A DNA stretch of 20,000 nt from an uncultured virus (IMG/VR IMGVR_UViG_3300000233_000006) (IMGVR_UViG_3300000233_000006:107911-127910); one strand, 5' to 3'. Positions 7,971 to 17,032 are shown, numbered from the stretch's first letter. Notes: generated from the sequence alone by a model not told the origin. Numbers and translations: made by a program.

Positions 7971-9269
7971 ATGAAGCAAGTAAAAGGCTTTTTGACGATT
8001 AACAATCTTGTTTTAAATGACAGCGTCGCCGTAAGTCTTCTTGGAGAAATATCGACGTGGTCACTGACTTATACCGTCGACCGCAGAAGTTATACTGACG
8101 AAAACTTTAGCGGGTTTGCGCTTGAAAGTTTATTCTCGTTAGATGACCAAGGTCAGCAAATCGAATTAAGTTCGGATGTTGCGACGCATATTTTTGACTT
8201 AAGTCAAAAACTCATCACGTTTTCTGAAACGTATTCTGGTAATGTCAATAAAGACGATATTGCCTTTTATTTGGAGAGCGCGTACACAGGTTCGGTGACC
8301 GACGTTATTCCTGGCAATATTGTCGCGACACCTGGTATTGCCTTACCTGAATTTATTCAGTGGAAACACGTTCCTTCGGATACGTTCGTTCGTATCTGGT
8401 ATTCGGACGACGCGTTTAAAAATGATTTCGATGAATACAAAATCGTTGTTGTCCCGCCCTTTGATAACATCGACGACTTCTTTCAAAACCCAGAAATCGT
8501 CAAGCAACGTCTGGAGGCCATGACCCCCGAAACGTATTTTGGACGTGTAGAGCGATACAAATCATACAATCCGGAAACGTATATCAAAACAATCGAAGCG
8601 ACATACGTTCGAAGCCATGTCAATCAGCCAACGTATACGGCCGAATCCTATTGGTCAGTCATCATCTACGGTGAGTACGGAAACAATATTGATGCGATCA
8701 AAGATGCGATCACCGAATACATTCTCGCCAATACAACGCATACCGAAGATGAATGGTTCGCTATTTTACCTGAACTGTTTGAACGCACTGAATTTGTTTT
8801 TGTTCCTTCGTACCATCGCGAAGCGATCCCTAATATGACCATTATGAGTGGCGTCTTTTCGCCACTTACGCCTGTGATTCAAGACAGTCTTCTTGCAAAA
8901 CAATACGCAATGTTTTATCCAGAACAACATACGGTTAACGTCATGTCTGTTTTAGCGTTCCCGTACCGATCATTACTACATTACGTTATTGGAGGATATC
9001 GGAATCGCGAATCGAAGTTTTTCCTCAATGACTTCCTACCTGATTTCATTAACGTTAGTACATCCTCACTTGACTTTAACCGAATGTCTTTGGTGACGAA
9101 GGAATGGGTTCTTAAAATGGAACGCGCGATTCAGCTTGCTGAAGACGTAACAACAATCGACGTTGTAAGAAAACCTTATCGTAAAGCTTATCGACTAGGA
9201 CGCATTTACATTGCGTTTGTTCACGATAATGTCCAATATCTGGTGCTTACACAGTCTTCACGAGACTAA
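7971..9269 (+). CDS. Putative virion structural protein (phiKZ gp157-like)
   Basis: Long ORF with VKGF..LGEISTWSLTY, IWYSDDAF, YNPET and STSSLDFNRMS segments recalled from this family. Start revised to ATG 7971 because of AAGGAG at 7958-7963. Confidence 0.7.
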   Translation: MKQVKGFLTINNLVLNDSVAVSLLGEISTWSLTYTVDRRSYTDENFSGFALESLFSLDDQGQQIELSSDVATHIFDLSQKLITFSETYSGNVNKDDIAFYLESAYTGSVTDVIPGNIVATPGIALPEFIQWKHVPSDTFVRIWYSDDAFKNDFDEYKIVVVPPFDNIDDFFQNPEIVKQRLEAMTPETYFGRVERYKSYNPETYIKTIEATYVRSHVNQPTYTAESYWSVIIYGEYGNNIDAIKDAITEYILANTTHTEDEWFAILPELFERTEFVFVPSYHREAIPNMTIMSGVFSPLTPVIQDSLLAKQYAMFYPEQHTVNVMSVLAFPYRSLLHYVIGGYRNRESKFFLNDFLPDFINVSTSSLDFNRMSLVTKEWVLKMERAIQLAEDVTTIDVVRKPYRKAYRLGRIYIAFVHDNVQYLVLTQSSRD

Positions 9270-9273
9270 GTCC

Positions 9274-10275
9274 ATGAGTACGTTAGATTACCTACCCTTT
9301 ACACCGACCATCGGTGTTAAAGGATCGTTTATTGTCGACCCTATTTTTAGCAATCGCGTTATCGCTAATAAAGAATATACCATCGTCGAATTACGTCAAC
9401 TTGTTGAATTGGTGAAGAGTCGTGAAAACGTTCTTAACACCGTATATATTTCACAAGGCTTAACTCACGATGATTACGTTGACGGGATCGCCAACGGCGC
9501 ACTCATTATTTCTTTAAGATCGATTGATGACGTCATTGTAAAAATTCCGTCAAACTATCTTCTTGGCGTACCTGCTAAACAAGGTATAAAATATCAAAAC
9601 ATCGGCATGTCGGTCGACATCGGATCCATGCCCTTTGACTTTAACTTCGAGTGGGTTCGTTACGAAGTTGAAGAATTGTTTAAAAAACTTATCGGTGCGC
9701 AAGTCAGTACTGTTAAACTAGAAAACTCACCTATCTTTTATTTAGATCGTGAGGAGGACATTGTCTTAAGACATGATCTAAAACAAACCATTACGAACTA
9801 TCCAAATCCGGAAGATCGTATCCTCGAACTTGAAACAATCAATGCAGCGCTCACTAATAAGCTCATCGCACTTGAAAATTTCATATCGCTTAGCGGAACC
9901 GCACTTGATCTTTGTAACCTTTGTCCAGAGTGCCCAGACTGTCCGGAGATACCGGACTGCCCGGACTGTCCGGACTGCCCGGAGATACCAGACTGCCCGG
10001 ACTGCCCAGGCCCTGACCCCATCATAGACCCGATCCCTGACCCAACGCCAGATCCTGATATCGATATCATTGTTGATCCAGGATGTACCGATACAAAACG
10101 TATCGCTTACTTTAAACTTAACATGTCGATTGAACGAATGATTGAGGATAGTGCACGCGCATGTTGTGACGATATTAATGTTGACGCTGACGTTGATATC
10201 GCTTATAAAGTTGTGCCTGACTGCGAAACAGTCTTTGTCGTTAGAGACATCAATACTGACGACTGTTGTTGTTAA
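9274..10275 (+). CDS. Conserved phiKZ-like protein with a Cys/Pro/Asp-rich C-terminal extension
   Basis: ATG 9274 lies 4 nt after the upstream stop. Globular N-terminal domain (TPTIGVKGSF...IPSNYL...VDIGSMP), then a coiled coil (RILELETINAALTNKLIALENFI), then CPD repeats, ending in DDCCC. Confidence 0.7.
   Translation: MSTLDYLPFTPTIGVKGSFIVDPIFSNRVIANKEYTIVELRQLVELVKSRENVLNTVYISQGLTHDDYVDGIANGALIISLRSIDDVIVKIPSNYLLGVPAKQGIKYQNIGMSVDIGSMPFDFNFEWVRYEVEELFKKLIGAQVSTVKLENSPIFYLDREEDIVLRHDLKQTITNYPNPEDRILELETINAALTNKLIALENFISLSGTALDLCNLCPECPDCPEIPDCPDCPDCPEIPDCPDCPGPDPIIDPIPDPTPDPDIDIIVDPGCTDTKRIAYFKLNMSIERMIEDSARACCDDINVDADVDIAYKVVPDCETVFVVRDINTDDCCC
9922..10011 (+). repeat. In-frame 9-bp tandem repeat, 10 units, encoding (C/I)P(D/E)
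   Basis: tgtccagag tgcccagac tgtccggag ataccggac tgcccggac tgtccggac tgcccggag ataccagac tgcccggac tgcccaggc. Confidence 0.95.
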
Positions 10276-10281
10276 AAAAAA

Positions 10282-10327
10282 AGAGATAGTGGTGCCCTGG
10301 GTAGCTACCCAGGACACCACTATCTCT
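10282..10327 (-). terminator. 46-bp near-perfect spacerless palindrome; intrinsic terminator
   Basis: AGAGATAGTGGTGcCCTGGGTAG|CTACCCAGGaCACCACTATCTCT. The single mismatch becomes a U-G wobble on the minus-strand RNA, which is followed by a T run. Lies between convergent genes. Confidence 0.85.
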
Positions 10328-10943
10328 AAACGTACATCGTCAACACATTTTTAATGTAAGTGAATAATCCGTAGCCTGTAATTTGTGGTTTTTCTGTATA
10401 GGAAAAAGTTATTGGCTCACCCTTTAACTTAAATTCTACCAACTTTACATCAGACAGATCAAGCCACAAACTCAGACCGTTCGTATTGAAATATACTCCT
10501 TCACGATGAACTATCGACACGTTAAGACCTGAACTAACTATATTACACATACCGTAATGCTCGCTGTATTTCGCTAGACCTATTTCGTTAAGATGGTAAA
10601 ACACATTTACATCGAGATCTTTCTGCTGCAACATTGTTGCCAGTTCGTTTAGCAACGCCATTTTTTCGCTTGAAGACTTATCGAGATTCGAACCTAAAAA
10701 AACCCACTTCAAATCAGTTTCCATAGGAACCCTGTCGGAGATCCTTACTCTCGAAATGTCCTTATAGTCAATCGAAAAGACTGTGTCTATATCTGATTTA
10801 AGAGAAATACTCGTTTCACTTAAATCCGATATCTGTTTCCAGTCATTCAATAACTTCATAGCGTTACTAGACTTCATGAAAAAAACGTAGTCATTTTTTT
10901 CAGTTATGATCTCAACGCTAAATAAATCTCGCAAACTATCCAT
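10326..10943 (-). CDS. Hypothetical protein (205 aa)
   Basis: Intact ORF with GGGGTGA SD; no motif recognised. Confidence 0.7.
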   Translation of the reverse strand: MDSLRDLFSVEIITEKNDYVFFMKSSNAMKLLNDWKQISDLSETSISLKSDIDTVFSIDYKDISRVRISDRVPMETDLKWVFLGSNLDKSSSEKMALLNELATMLQQKDLDVNVFYHLNEIGLAKYSEHYGMCNIVSSGLNVSIVHREGVYFNTNGLSLWLDLSDVKLVEFKLKGEPITFSYTEKPQITGYGLFTYIKNVLTMYV

Positions 10944-10978
10944 AAATCACCCCATTATTTAAAGACTATGAATAACAA

Positions 10979-11530
10979 CTATTGATTTGTTAACGCACAA
11001 TAAAATTCAGTTGATTCGTCAGGGTGTTTCTTATTGCGCATCGACGTATACCGTATAATGTTTGACTCATTTGTTTTTTCACGTTTCACAAAACCAAGCA
11101 TTGCTGCGACTGACAAAAAAGAACTCCTGTATTCTTCGGGAACGTGAATTACTTCCTTTTCTTTCACACCATCTTCAACGTTGACGAGTTGTTTCAAAAT
11201 AGCTACGCTAGAATCCCCTTCACTATTTTTTTTCACAATGTCATACATCGAATTATAACTCAGAATAAGTTCTTGTTCTGGGTTATACCACGCCGTTAAT
11301 ACGTAACTGACTCCAGGAGGCATCATTGATTTATCAGGATTATTAGGTTCTTCAAGACCTAAGTAGGCAACAAGATCTTTATGCCCGTTACGTAATTGCT
11401 GGAGATTTACAATCCGAGCATATTTAAGAGCTTCAGGTAAAAACTGTACAACGTGTACGGTATCTGCGCCATTGACAGATAATGTTAATTCGATCGTATC
11501 ACCTACGATTTTAGCGTGCGAGAGTTTCAT
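10979..11530 (-). CDS. Hypothetical early protein (183 aa)
   Basis: Start revised from 11572 to ATG 11530 (MKLSHAK). AGGAG lies 8 nt upstream of 11530, and the ATG at 11572 falls inside the promoter motif. Confidence 0.7.
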   Translation of the reverse strand: MKLSHAKIVGDTIELTLSVNGADTVHVVQFLPEALKYARIVNLQQLRNGHKDLVAYLGLEEPNNPDKSMMPPGVSYVLTAWYNPEQELILSYNSMYDIVKKNSEGDSSVAILKQLVNVEDGVKEKEVIHVPEEYRSSFLSVAAMLGFVKREKTNESNIIRYTSMRNKKHPDESTEFYCALTNQ

Positions 11531-11567
11531 GGGAGTAGCTCCTAAAAAAATAATACGACCAAGGTTA

Positions 11568-11584
11568 GTCATGAATGTAATATA
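11568..11584 (-). promoter_or_regulatory. Early-type promoter ATATTAC-N5-TGAC
   Basis: Minus strand reads TATATTAC ATTCA TGAC, just downstream of the sbcC stop. Confidence 0.7.
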
Positions 11585-11602
11585 TACCTGACTTTATTTA
11601 CC

Positions 11603-14098
11603 TCACGTTATTTTAACGTGTTGATTAAAAGTTGTTCCGCTTGGAAGGACGATGTTCTTACTATCAAGGATAAGAATGTCAGCGTTAGATAGCGCACCAT
11701 AACACTCTTCAAAATGACTGATGACAAACAACTGAGGGATCGCACTATGAACAAGTAAGTTAGCAATCAAACCAAATGAACTTTGTCGATTTGTAGGATC
11801 GAAACTTTTACCAAATTCGTCGAGATAAAGCGGCGTGTCGATAAGTTTTAGATAGTTCATTGACACGATCTTGAAAGCAAGATCGATCACCTCACGTGCC
11901 GCCGAACTTCCGTGACTAATATCGTCCACCGGTGACTCACCATTTAAGACGAAAGGGAACTTATAATCAAGTTCGAACTCCTCACCTTCTTCAGTTTGAC
12001 ACGAAAGGATTTCGATATTAGGGTATGACCACAGTTGTGATATAAATGCGTTCATTTGTTTGATAAACGTTTTTATAAATCCGTGCAAGTTTTCTGCGAT
12101 AAGACCGTCTGTGGGCGATAGTTCCTTAATCAATTTGCCGATGACCTTTTCTTCGATGCTAAGTTTCTCAGCATCTTTAGTTAAACGATCGACGGTTTCA
12201 ATATGTCGGTCGATTTCACTTAAACGACTTTCACGCGCATTGATCTCGTTTCTAATAAAAACGATTGCATCACTGACATATTTTTGACGTATCGCCTCAA
12301 CGTACTCAGACTGCTTTTGCTGCGTTATCTTGACGTAGTCTTCCAGACCTTTAAAGCTTTGTCCAAACTGCTTCATAACCTTAATACCGTCGTCTAAACG
12401 AACGATCTCGGACTGAATAGACCGTATATCAAACTGTAGGGCGCCAAGATCAATCTCTTCTTGATTTCGTTGCGACGTTAGCGTTTGAATGTCAGACTCA
12501 AACGTCTGACCTGCACGACGACGAGCTTCGTCCATCGCCCCAATCTTCATGAGAATATCATTAAATTCAATCTGTACAGTCAAATGACTCTGCACCGATT
12601 CTAGTTGACGTAACGCGTCACGCCCTCCTTGATTTCTCATATTGTCGAATACGTTTTCAATAACGTTTTCGATATAAGGACTTTTCTGCTTAAACGTTGA
12701 TAAATACTTAACGTGTCTAAAAAAGTCTTGAGCTATATGAACCCATGATGCGAGTTCCTCATGCTCTTTTTCTAAAAGAACTTTTTCTTCATTAAGCGAT
12801 ACTGTTTCTAGCTTAACGTCTTTGATTTTAATAGCGTCGAAATAAGGTGTGAAATGCGTATTGCATTCTGGGCACGTCACCTTATCTTCAATGTTACGTT
12901 TTTCTTCTGAACGAACGTATTCTTCACGTTGTGCGATCTGACTTAAAAGCTGTCTTAATTTACTTGAGATCGCTTCGATCCGTTCAGTCACATAGATGTA
13001 ATTCGAACGGTTAAATGCACGTTCGGGAAGGTCTTTAAAGTCAAGACAAAAAGCGGCAATGTCTGCCGAAATCATTTTCAGAATTTCAAAGTCTTGAATA
13101 GGTTGTTCAGAACGCATTTGCGAATCTACGTAGGATTCAATGTCATCTCGACGTGCCGATGTATCGAGATAGTCCTGATCAAACGTCTGACTATGGACAT
13201 GAAGATGATCTTCAGAATTCTTGAGTAGCGTATCGACTCGCTTAATTGTCTCGATCTTTTTAACACTGTCTTCTTGAAGTTGGCTAAATGTCTGACGTTT
13301 CTGTGCAATCGTTGCAAGGACGGTATTTAAAGTAAAATCATGACTTACGACGTCGCTATAATGTGTTTTCGTATCGGAAGTTAACTTCCGATACGTTACC
13401 TGTATCAAACGTACGTACTTATCAAAGTCCGTTTTAAGGTCGTCGAGTGTCCTCGGTATTTCGATGCGCGATATCCAAAGATTATTGAGAAGTTCCTTAA
13501 GTAATCCCAATTCGTTTTTAAGTTCGGTCTGACGCTCTGTATCTAGAAGTTTCGAACTTTCAGTGACAAGCCTGGCTTGTGTAAATTTAATGACCGCCTG
13601 AGTTTCACGTTGCTTTTCAGTCAGGCGTTTATAGACATCAAGTGCGTACGTATAACTGACGTCGGATAATTTGGTAAACCACTGTCGCCGTTGTGATGGT
13701 GCGAAAGTCGTGAAGTGAATGGATGACGTCAGAAGTTCGTGTGTTTCTTGTGTTAGACCAAAGTGTTGTAAAACAAGTTCCTTTTGGATCGCTGCCGTAC
13801 CGCTTGGATTGAGTTCGACATCATCGCAGATAAAAGAATGGCGTAGAGTGGTCAGGTACCTCGAACTCGTTAAATACGTTTTACCCCTGTGAATGATTTC
13901 AACTTCTTTAAACCCACCCTTTTCAAACACACCTGATTTTGAAGGTAGAGGCGTCAGTTCGCCAATTAAAGAACTTTTACCTGAACTATTGGTTCCAAGA
14001 ATAAGCTGTGTTTTATTCTCGAAATTAATTTCAAGCGTTTTGATTTGACCAAACCCTATTCGTTTAAAAAGATAAAATTTTGCTTTTACATAACGCAT
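11603..14098 (-). CDS. sbcC: SbcC/Rad50-like SMC ATPase (phiKZ gp165-like)
   Basis: Walker A GTNSSGKS, long coiled coils with a central zinc hook (VTCPECNT), signature-like SHGSSAAREVIDLAF, Walker B LYLDEFG and H-loop VISH. Confidence 0.93.
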   Translation of the reverse strand: MRYVKAKFYLFKRIGFGQIKTLEINFENKTQLILGTNSSGKSSLIGELTPLPSKSGVFEKGGFKEVEIIHRGKTYLTSSRYLTTLRHSFICDDVELNPSGTAAIQKELVLQHFGLTQETHELLTSSIHFTTFAPSQRRQWFTKLSDVSYTYALDVYKRLTEKQRETQAVIKFTQARLVTESSKLLDTERQTELKNELGLLKELLNNLWISRIEIPRTLDDLKTDFDKYVRLIQVTYRKLTSDTKTHYSDVVSHDFTLNTVLATIAQKRQTFSQLQEDSVKKIETIKRVDTLLKNSEDHLHVHSQTFDQDYLDTSARRDDIESYVDSQMRSEQPIQDFEILKMISADIAAFCLDFKDLPERAFNRSNYIYVTERIEAISSKLRQLLSQIAQREEYVRSEEKRNIEDKVTCPECNTHFTPYFDAIKIKDVKLETVSLNEEKVLLEKEHEELASWVHIAQDFFRHVKYLSTFKQKSPYIENVIENVFDNMRNQGGRDALRQLESVQSHLTVQIEFNDILMKIGAMDEARRRAGQTFESDIQTLTSQRNQEEIDLGALQFDIRSIQSEIVRLDDGIKVMKQFGQSFKGLEDYVKITQQKQSEYVEAIRQKYVSDAIVFIRNEINARESRLSEIDRHIETVDRLTKDAEKLSIEEKVIGKLIKELSPTDGLIAENLHGFIKTFIKQMNAFISQLWSYPNIEILSCQTEEGEEFELDYKFPFVLNGESPVDDISHGSSAAREVIDLAFKIVSMNYLKLIDTPLYLDEFGKSFDPTNRQSSFGLIANLLVHSAIPQLFVISHFEECYGALSNADILILDSKNIVLPSGTTFNQHVKIT

Positions 14099-14133
14099 GA
14101 TTAATCCTTTGATTTTTTATAGGAAACATTCAT

Positions 14134-15024
14134 ATGAGAGACGAACCTAGTGAATTAAAACTCTATTCGATCGGCGTGGTTGTCGAAGATAAAAAGTTAG
14201 GCGAAGACATTATTTACGTCACGCCCATCGAGAAGCTCTCATACAGCCATGGTAAAATTGCTGATATTAAAGAGACAATGACGAATACGTTACCCGATCT
14301 TTCGGGTAAAGTTAATAATGACGAAGTCGAAAAAACGATGGTTCTAAAAGCAGCATGGATACCTTTTGGGCATAGCAATCGTATCACATCGCCCGACGTC
14401 ATCAAAAACGAAACTGTTATTCTTTTTAAGTTCTCAGACACAGATGAATTTTACTGGACGACGATCTTTAGAGAGCCTAAAATTAGGCGACTTGAAAAAG
14501 TAACGTATATGTACGGTAATCTTAAAGAACCTTTAAAGGAATGGGATAAGTCTTCGTCCTACTGGCAAGAGATGTCAACCATTGAAGGTGATAAACACAT
14601 ATGGTTTAAGACCACGCGTTCCGATGGCGAAGCGTTTGAATACGATATCAACATTAACCCAACGGCCTCAACACTCGAGATTTTCGATAATGATAAGAAC
14701 GGGTTCTACATCGACTCTAAAACAGGTAAGGTGACCGTCAAAGCAAAGACCGAAATCATCCTTGATGCGCCTTTGATTACCTTTACAGGTAATGTTAGAG
14801 GTTTGAAAAAAGGAAACTTTCTTGGATCCTTTGATGTGGGAGGTTTGTTAAGTGCCCTGAGCGAATTTACGTCGCCTATTGCTCTAATCACAGAGGTACT
14901 GGATTCACCTATCATTAATGCGTTAGAAGTCTTATCGGCACCTATCGTCGACACCATAGCTTCACAAGTGACAGACGTCATTAATGATATCGCATCAGTG
15001 AACGATCGTATCGACAATCTTTGA
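14134..15024 (+). CDS. Putative baseplate central spike protein (phiKZ gp164-like)
   Basis: N-terminal YSIGVVVEDK...AAWIPFGHSNRITSPDVIKNETV (OB-fold-like), then a beta-rich repetitive region (TLEIFDNDKNGFYIDSKTGKVTVKA). Adjacent to sbcC as in phiKZ. Confidence 0.75.
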   Translation: MRDEPSELKLYSIGVVVEDKKLGEDIIYVTPIEKLSYSHGKIADIKETMTNTLPDLSGKVNNDEVEKTMVLKAAWIPFGHSNRITSPDVIKNETVILFKFSDTDEFYWTTIFREPKIRRLEKVTYMYGNLKEPLKEWDKSSSYWQEMSTIEGDKHIWFKTTRSDGEAFEYDININPTASTLEIFDNDKNGFYIDSKTGKVTVKAKTEIILDAPLITFTGNVRGLKKGNFLGSFDVGGLLSALSEFTSPIALITEVLDSPIINALEVLSAPIVDTIASQVTDVINDIASVNDRIDNL

Positions 15025-15033
15025 GGTTAAAAA

Positions 15034-15267
15034 ATGACGGAATGTTATAGTGCCGAACTGATGTTCCCTGAAACCATGACGCGTTTTAATGTCGCGTATT
15101 CCAATGACGACTGGAATAAGATGCAACGTATAGTCACAGACTTTGCTAAAAAATGGAGCGTTTTTTATAACGGTCCTGGTGAAGGTATGTCAAACAGTGA
15201 CAAGGTTATTTTTTGGTATTCGTTAGGAACACGCATATTTAAAAAAACATATTTTTACTTTAAGTAA
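15034..15267 (+). CDS. Small hypothetical protein (77 aa)
   Basis: GAGGT SD, starts 9 nt after the spike gene and ends just before a hairpin terminator. Confidence 0.65.
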   Translation: MTECYSAELMFPETMTRFNVAYSNDDWNKMQRIVTDFAKKWSVFYNGPGEGMSNSDKVIFWYSLGTRIFKKTYFYFK

Positions 15268-15273
15268 AAAAAT

Positions 15274-15309
15274 ATATAGCGCCGAGGCTTCCAAGCCTCG
15301 GCGCTATAT
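15274..15309. terminator. Perfect 17-bp inverted repeat between convergent genes
   Basis: ATATAGCGCCGAGGCTT-CC-AAGCCTCGGCGCTATAT; the A run on the left gives a U tract for the minus-strand transcript. Confidence 0.85.
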
Positions 15310-16560
15310 TTATACGTATGTTGCGATCTTTAAAAAGACGCCGTAGCTTTTGTAATACGGGATCGTCGGATTTCTAGCATCCGTAAAGACGTTGAGTTGT
15401 TGGTGAGGCTGTTCAGTAAAAACGAAGTTCTTTAAGAACGAATCCGTGACTGTCACAGACCACTGACCCTCGTCAGGACGTTTCCAATATTCTGCAACCT
15501 TTCCGTAATTGACACGAAGCGGATAGACAGGTTCCTGGTACGTTATAAACGAACCTGGATAACTTGACTTTTTAATCGCGATCGTCGAAACATCGAGTGA
15601 GGCACAGTTCACTTCAACCATGAACGTTTGACTTAGATCCATGTACTTACGTAACACATCGTCAGATAAAAGTTCGTTGATATTGATGCGATCGGGATAC
15701 TGTTCGCTTAAATCAAGACCGAGTTCGGAAAGATTTAAATAATTGTACGACTCAAAGAACTTCTCAGCAAGCTGAAGGTTGCTTGGTATAAGCGTAAAGG
15801 TCCTAGGACCGCTCTGGTAGAACGCATTCGCCTGAGGAAAGACCATATATCCGCCAAGGATTAAAATGGCTGAGGATCCGTTTACGTCACGATCAAAAGT
15901 AATGCGCATCTTATCCTTAAGAGGTTGCGGATCGCCATTCGGAAACGTATCGCCGCTAATGTTTTCAGGTTTGATATCGAGGTATTTAACCCCGCCTAGA
16001 TCACCGAAGTTCAAAAATCCAAGCTGATTATCTTTCGTGACAAGGTACGTTTTTCCACCGTCAATCGCATATAAGAAAATGCCATCCCTATCTGTACGAT
16101 GAACATATCCATTAACCGTAACGAGAGCATTCTCATATAGGCTAAACATCGACGTATTTGATTCAGGGCGATGAATGAAGAGATCGTCTTTAGCATAGCT
16201 AGGGTATGGCGTATTTAGATTCACACCGATTTTAAACGGTGTGATACTGTACCCTGTGCGATGTGCGTCGTGATAACGAACTGTCTTAATGGACTTAAAA
16301 GGTTTTTGAATCGATACGATACTATCTGGATCAAGACGTTCAATAAAATAGTTGACAGTGAACGAACTTGTTTCGTAAAAGTCACGATAGTTCTCCATGT
16401 CGATAAAATAAGACACGCCACCCACGTCCTTTTTAACTTCAAAATAAAATCGCATCGTTCGAGTGTAAAGGTCTTTGATCAGTACGTTAGGTTCAACGCT
16501 TGACTGTATCGATTCGTCAGCGTTCTTAGCAAGGAAAAAGGTTTTGATATAAATAAGCAT
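15310..16560 (-). CDS. Putative virion structural protein (416 aa), phiKZ-like
   Basis: Long ORF with NALVTVNGYVHRT, ILILGGYM and LSQTFMVEV segments recalled from jumbo-phage structural proteins. Late-type promoter and GAGGA SD upstream. Confidence 0.65.
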   Translation of the reverse strand: MLIYIKTFFLAKNADESIQSSVEPNVLIKDLYTRTMRFYFEVKKDVGGVSYFIDMENYRDFYETSSFTVNYFIERLDPDSIVSIQKPFKSIKTVRYHDAHRTGYSITPFKIGVNLNTPYPSYAKDDLFIHRPESNTSMFSLYENALVTVNGYVHRTDRDGIFLYAIDGGKTYLVTKDNQLGFLNFGDLGGVKYLDIKPENISGDTFPNGDPQPLKDKMRITFDRDVNGSSAILILGGYMVFPQANAFYQSGPRTFTLIPSNLQLAEKFFESYNYLNLSELGLDLSEQYPDRININELLSDDVLRKYMDLSQTFMVEVNCASLDVSTIAIKKSSYPGSFITYQEPVYPLRVNYGKVAEYWKRPDEGQWSVTVTDSFLKNFVFTEQPHQQLNVFTDARNPTIPYYKSYGVFLKIATYV

Positions 16561-16579
16561 GAAGGAAGTCCTCTGAATG

Positions 16580-16588
16580 TCATACGAT
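16580..16588 (-). promoter_or_regulatory. Late-type promoter motif ATNNTATGA
   Basis: Minus strand ATCGTATGA(CATT), 19 nt upstream of ATG 16560. Confidence 0.55.
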
Positions 16589-16589
16589 C

Positions 16590-16619
16590 AAAAAAAGAAA
16601 AGGAAGCGCCCTAAGGCGC
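16590..16619 (-). terminator. Short intrinsic terminator
   Basis: Minus strand GCGCC-TTAG-GGCGC followed by TTCCTTTTCTTTTTTT, right after the stop of 16628..17032. Confidence 0.55.
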
Positions 16620-16627
16620 CTAAGTAT

Positions 16628-17032
16628 TTATGTGAACGTAAAGACGATGTCGTAAAAACATTCACCACCCCAAACATTTAGCTCCTTTTCTAAAACGGTA
16701 ATGTGGCCTCGGAGCTCAAAGAATCGAATGATCTTCCATGACGTTGATTCTCTTGCGTTGAGCTCGACTTTACGTTTCTTATAGAACGCTTTAAAATGTC
16801 GAGCAAGATCATAGATCTTGGCCAGTGTTAAAGGGTTAATCGACGCCAGGTCGACGATTTCGTGCTTAGTATAAACACAATAACCTCCATCCCAGACGAT
16901 GGTGTGAGCCTTCCCCTCACAGAAGTCGCACAACTCCTTGTAATTGCGACATTGGTAAAGGGATTGGAATTCTCTCGGATAAACTTCCGTTTCTATTCGA
17001 GAGATATGCTCAAGGACATCTTTTTCTTTCAT
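16628..17032 (-). CDS. Small GNAT-like protein (134 aa)
   Basis: The pattern ISRIETEVYP...GYCVY...EIVDLAS...VELNARESTSWKII follows the GNAT element order, but no clear R/QxxGxG motif is present. ATGA overlap with the upstream gene. Confidence 0.5.
   Translation of the reverse strand: MKEKDVLEHISRIETEVYPREFQSLYQCRNYKELCDFCEGKAHTIVWDGGYCVYTKHEIVDLASINPLTLAKIYDLARHFKAFYKKRKVELNARESTSWKIIRFFELRGHITVLEKELNVWGGECFYDIVFTFT

Noticed and set aside
9922..10011. CRISPR-like array or ferredoxin motif
   Set aside because: The units are contiguous 9-mers with no unique spacers, and the Cys spacing does not give CxxCxxCxxxCP.
9778..10320. Antisense and alternative-frame ORFs with GQS, AVR or RTA repeats
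   Set aside because: They are shadows of the 9-bp CPD repeat, which lacks stop codons in other frames.
11603..14098. Wadjet, Lamassu or other SMC defence system; intein in SbcC
   Set aside because: No partner genes are adjacent, the zinc hook and position match the core phage SbcC, and no intein motifs are seen. The missing sbcD is probably encoded outside this window.
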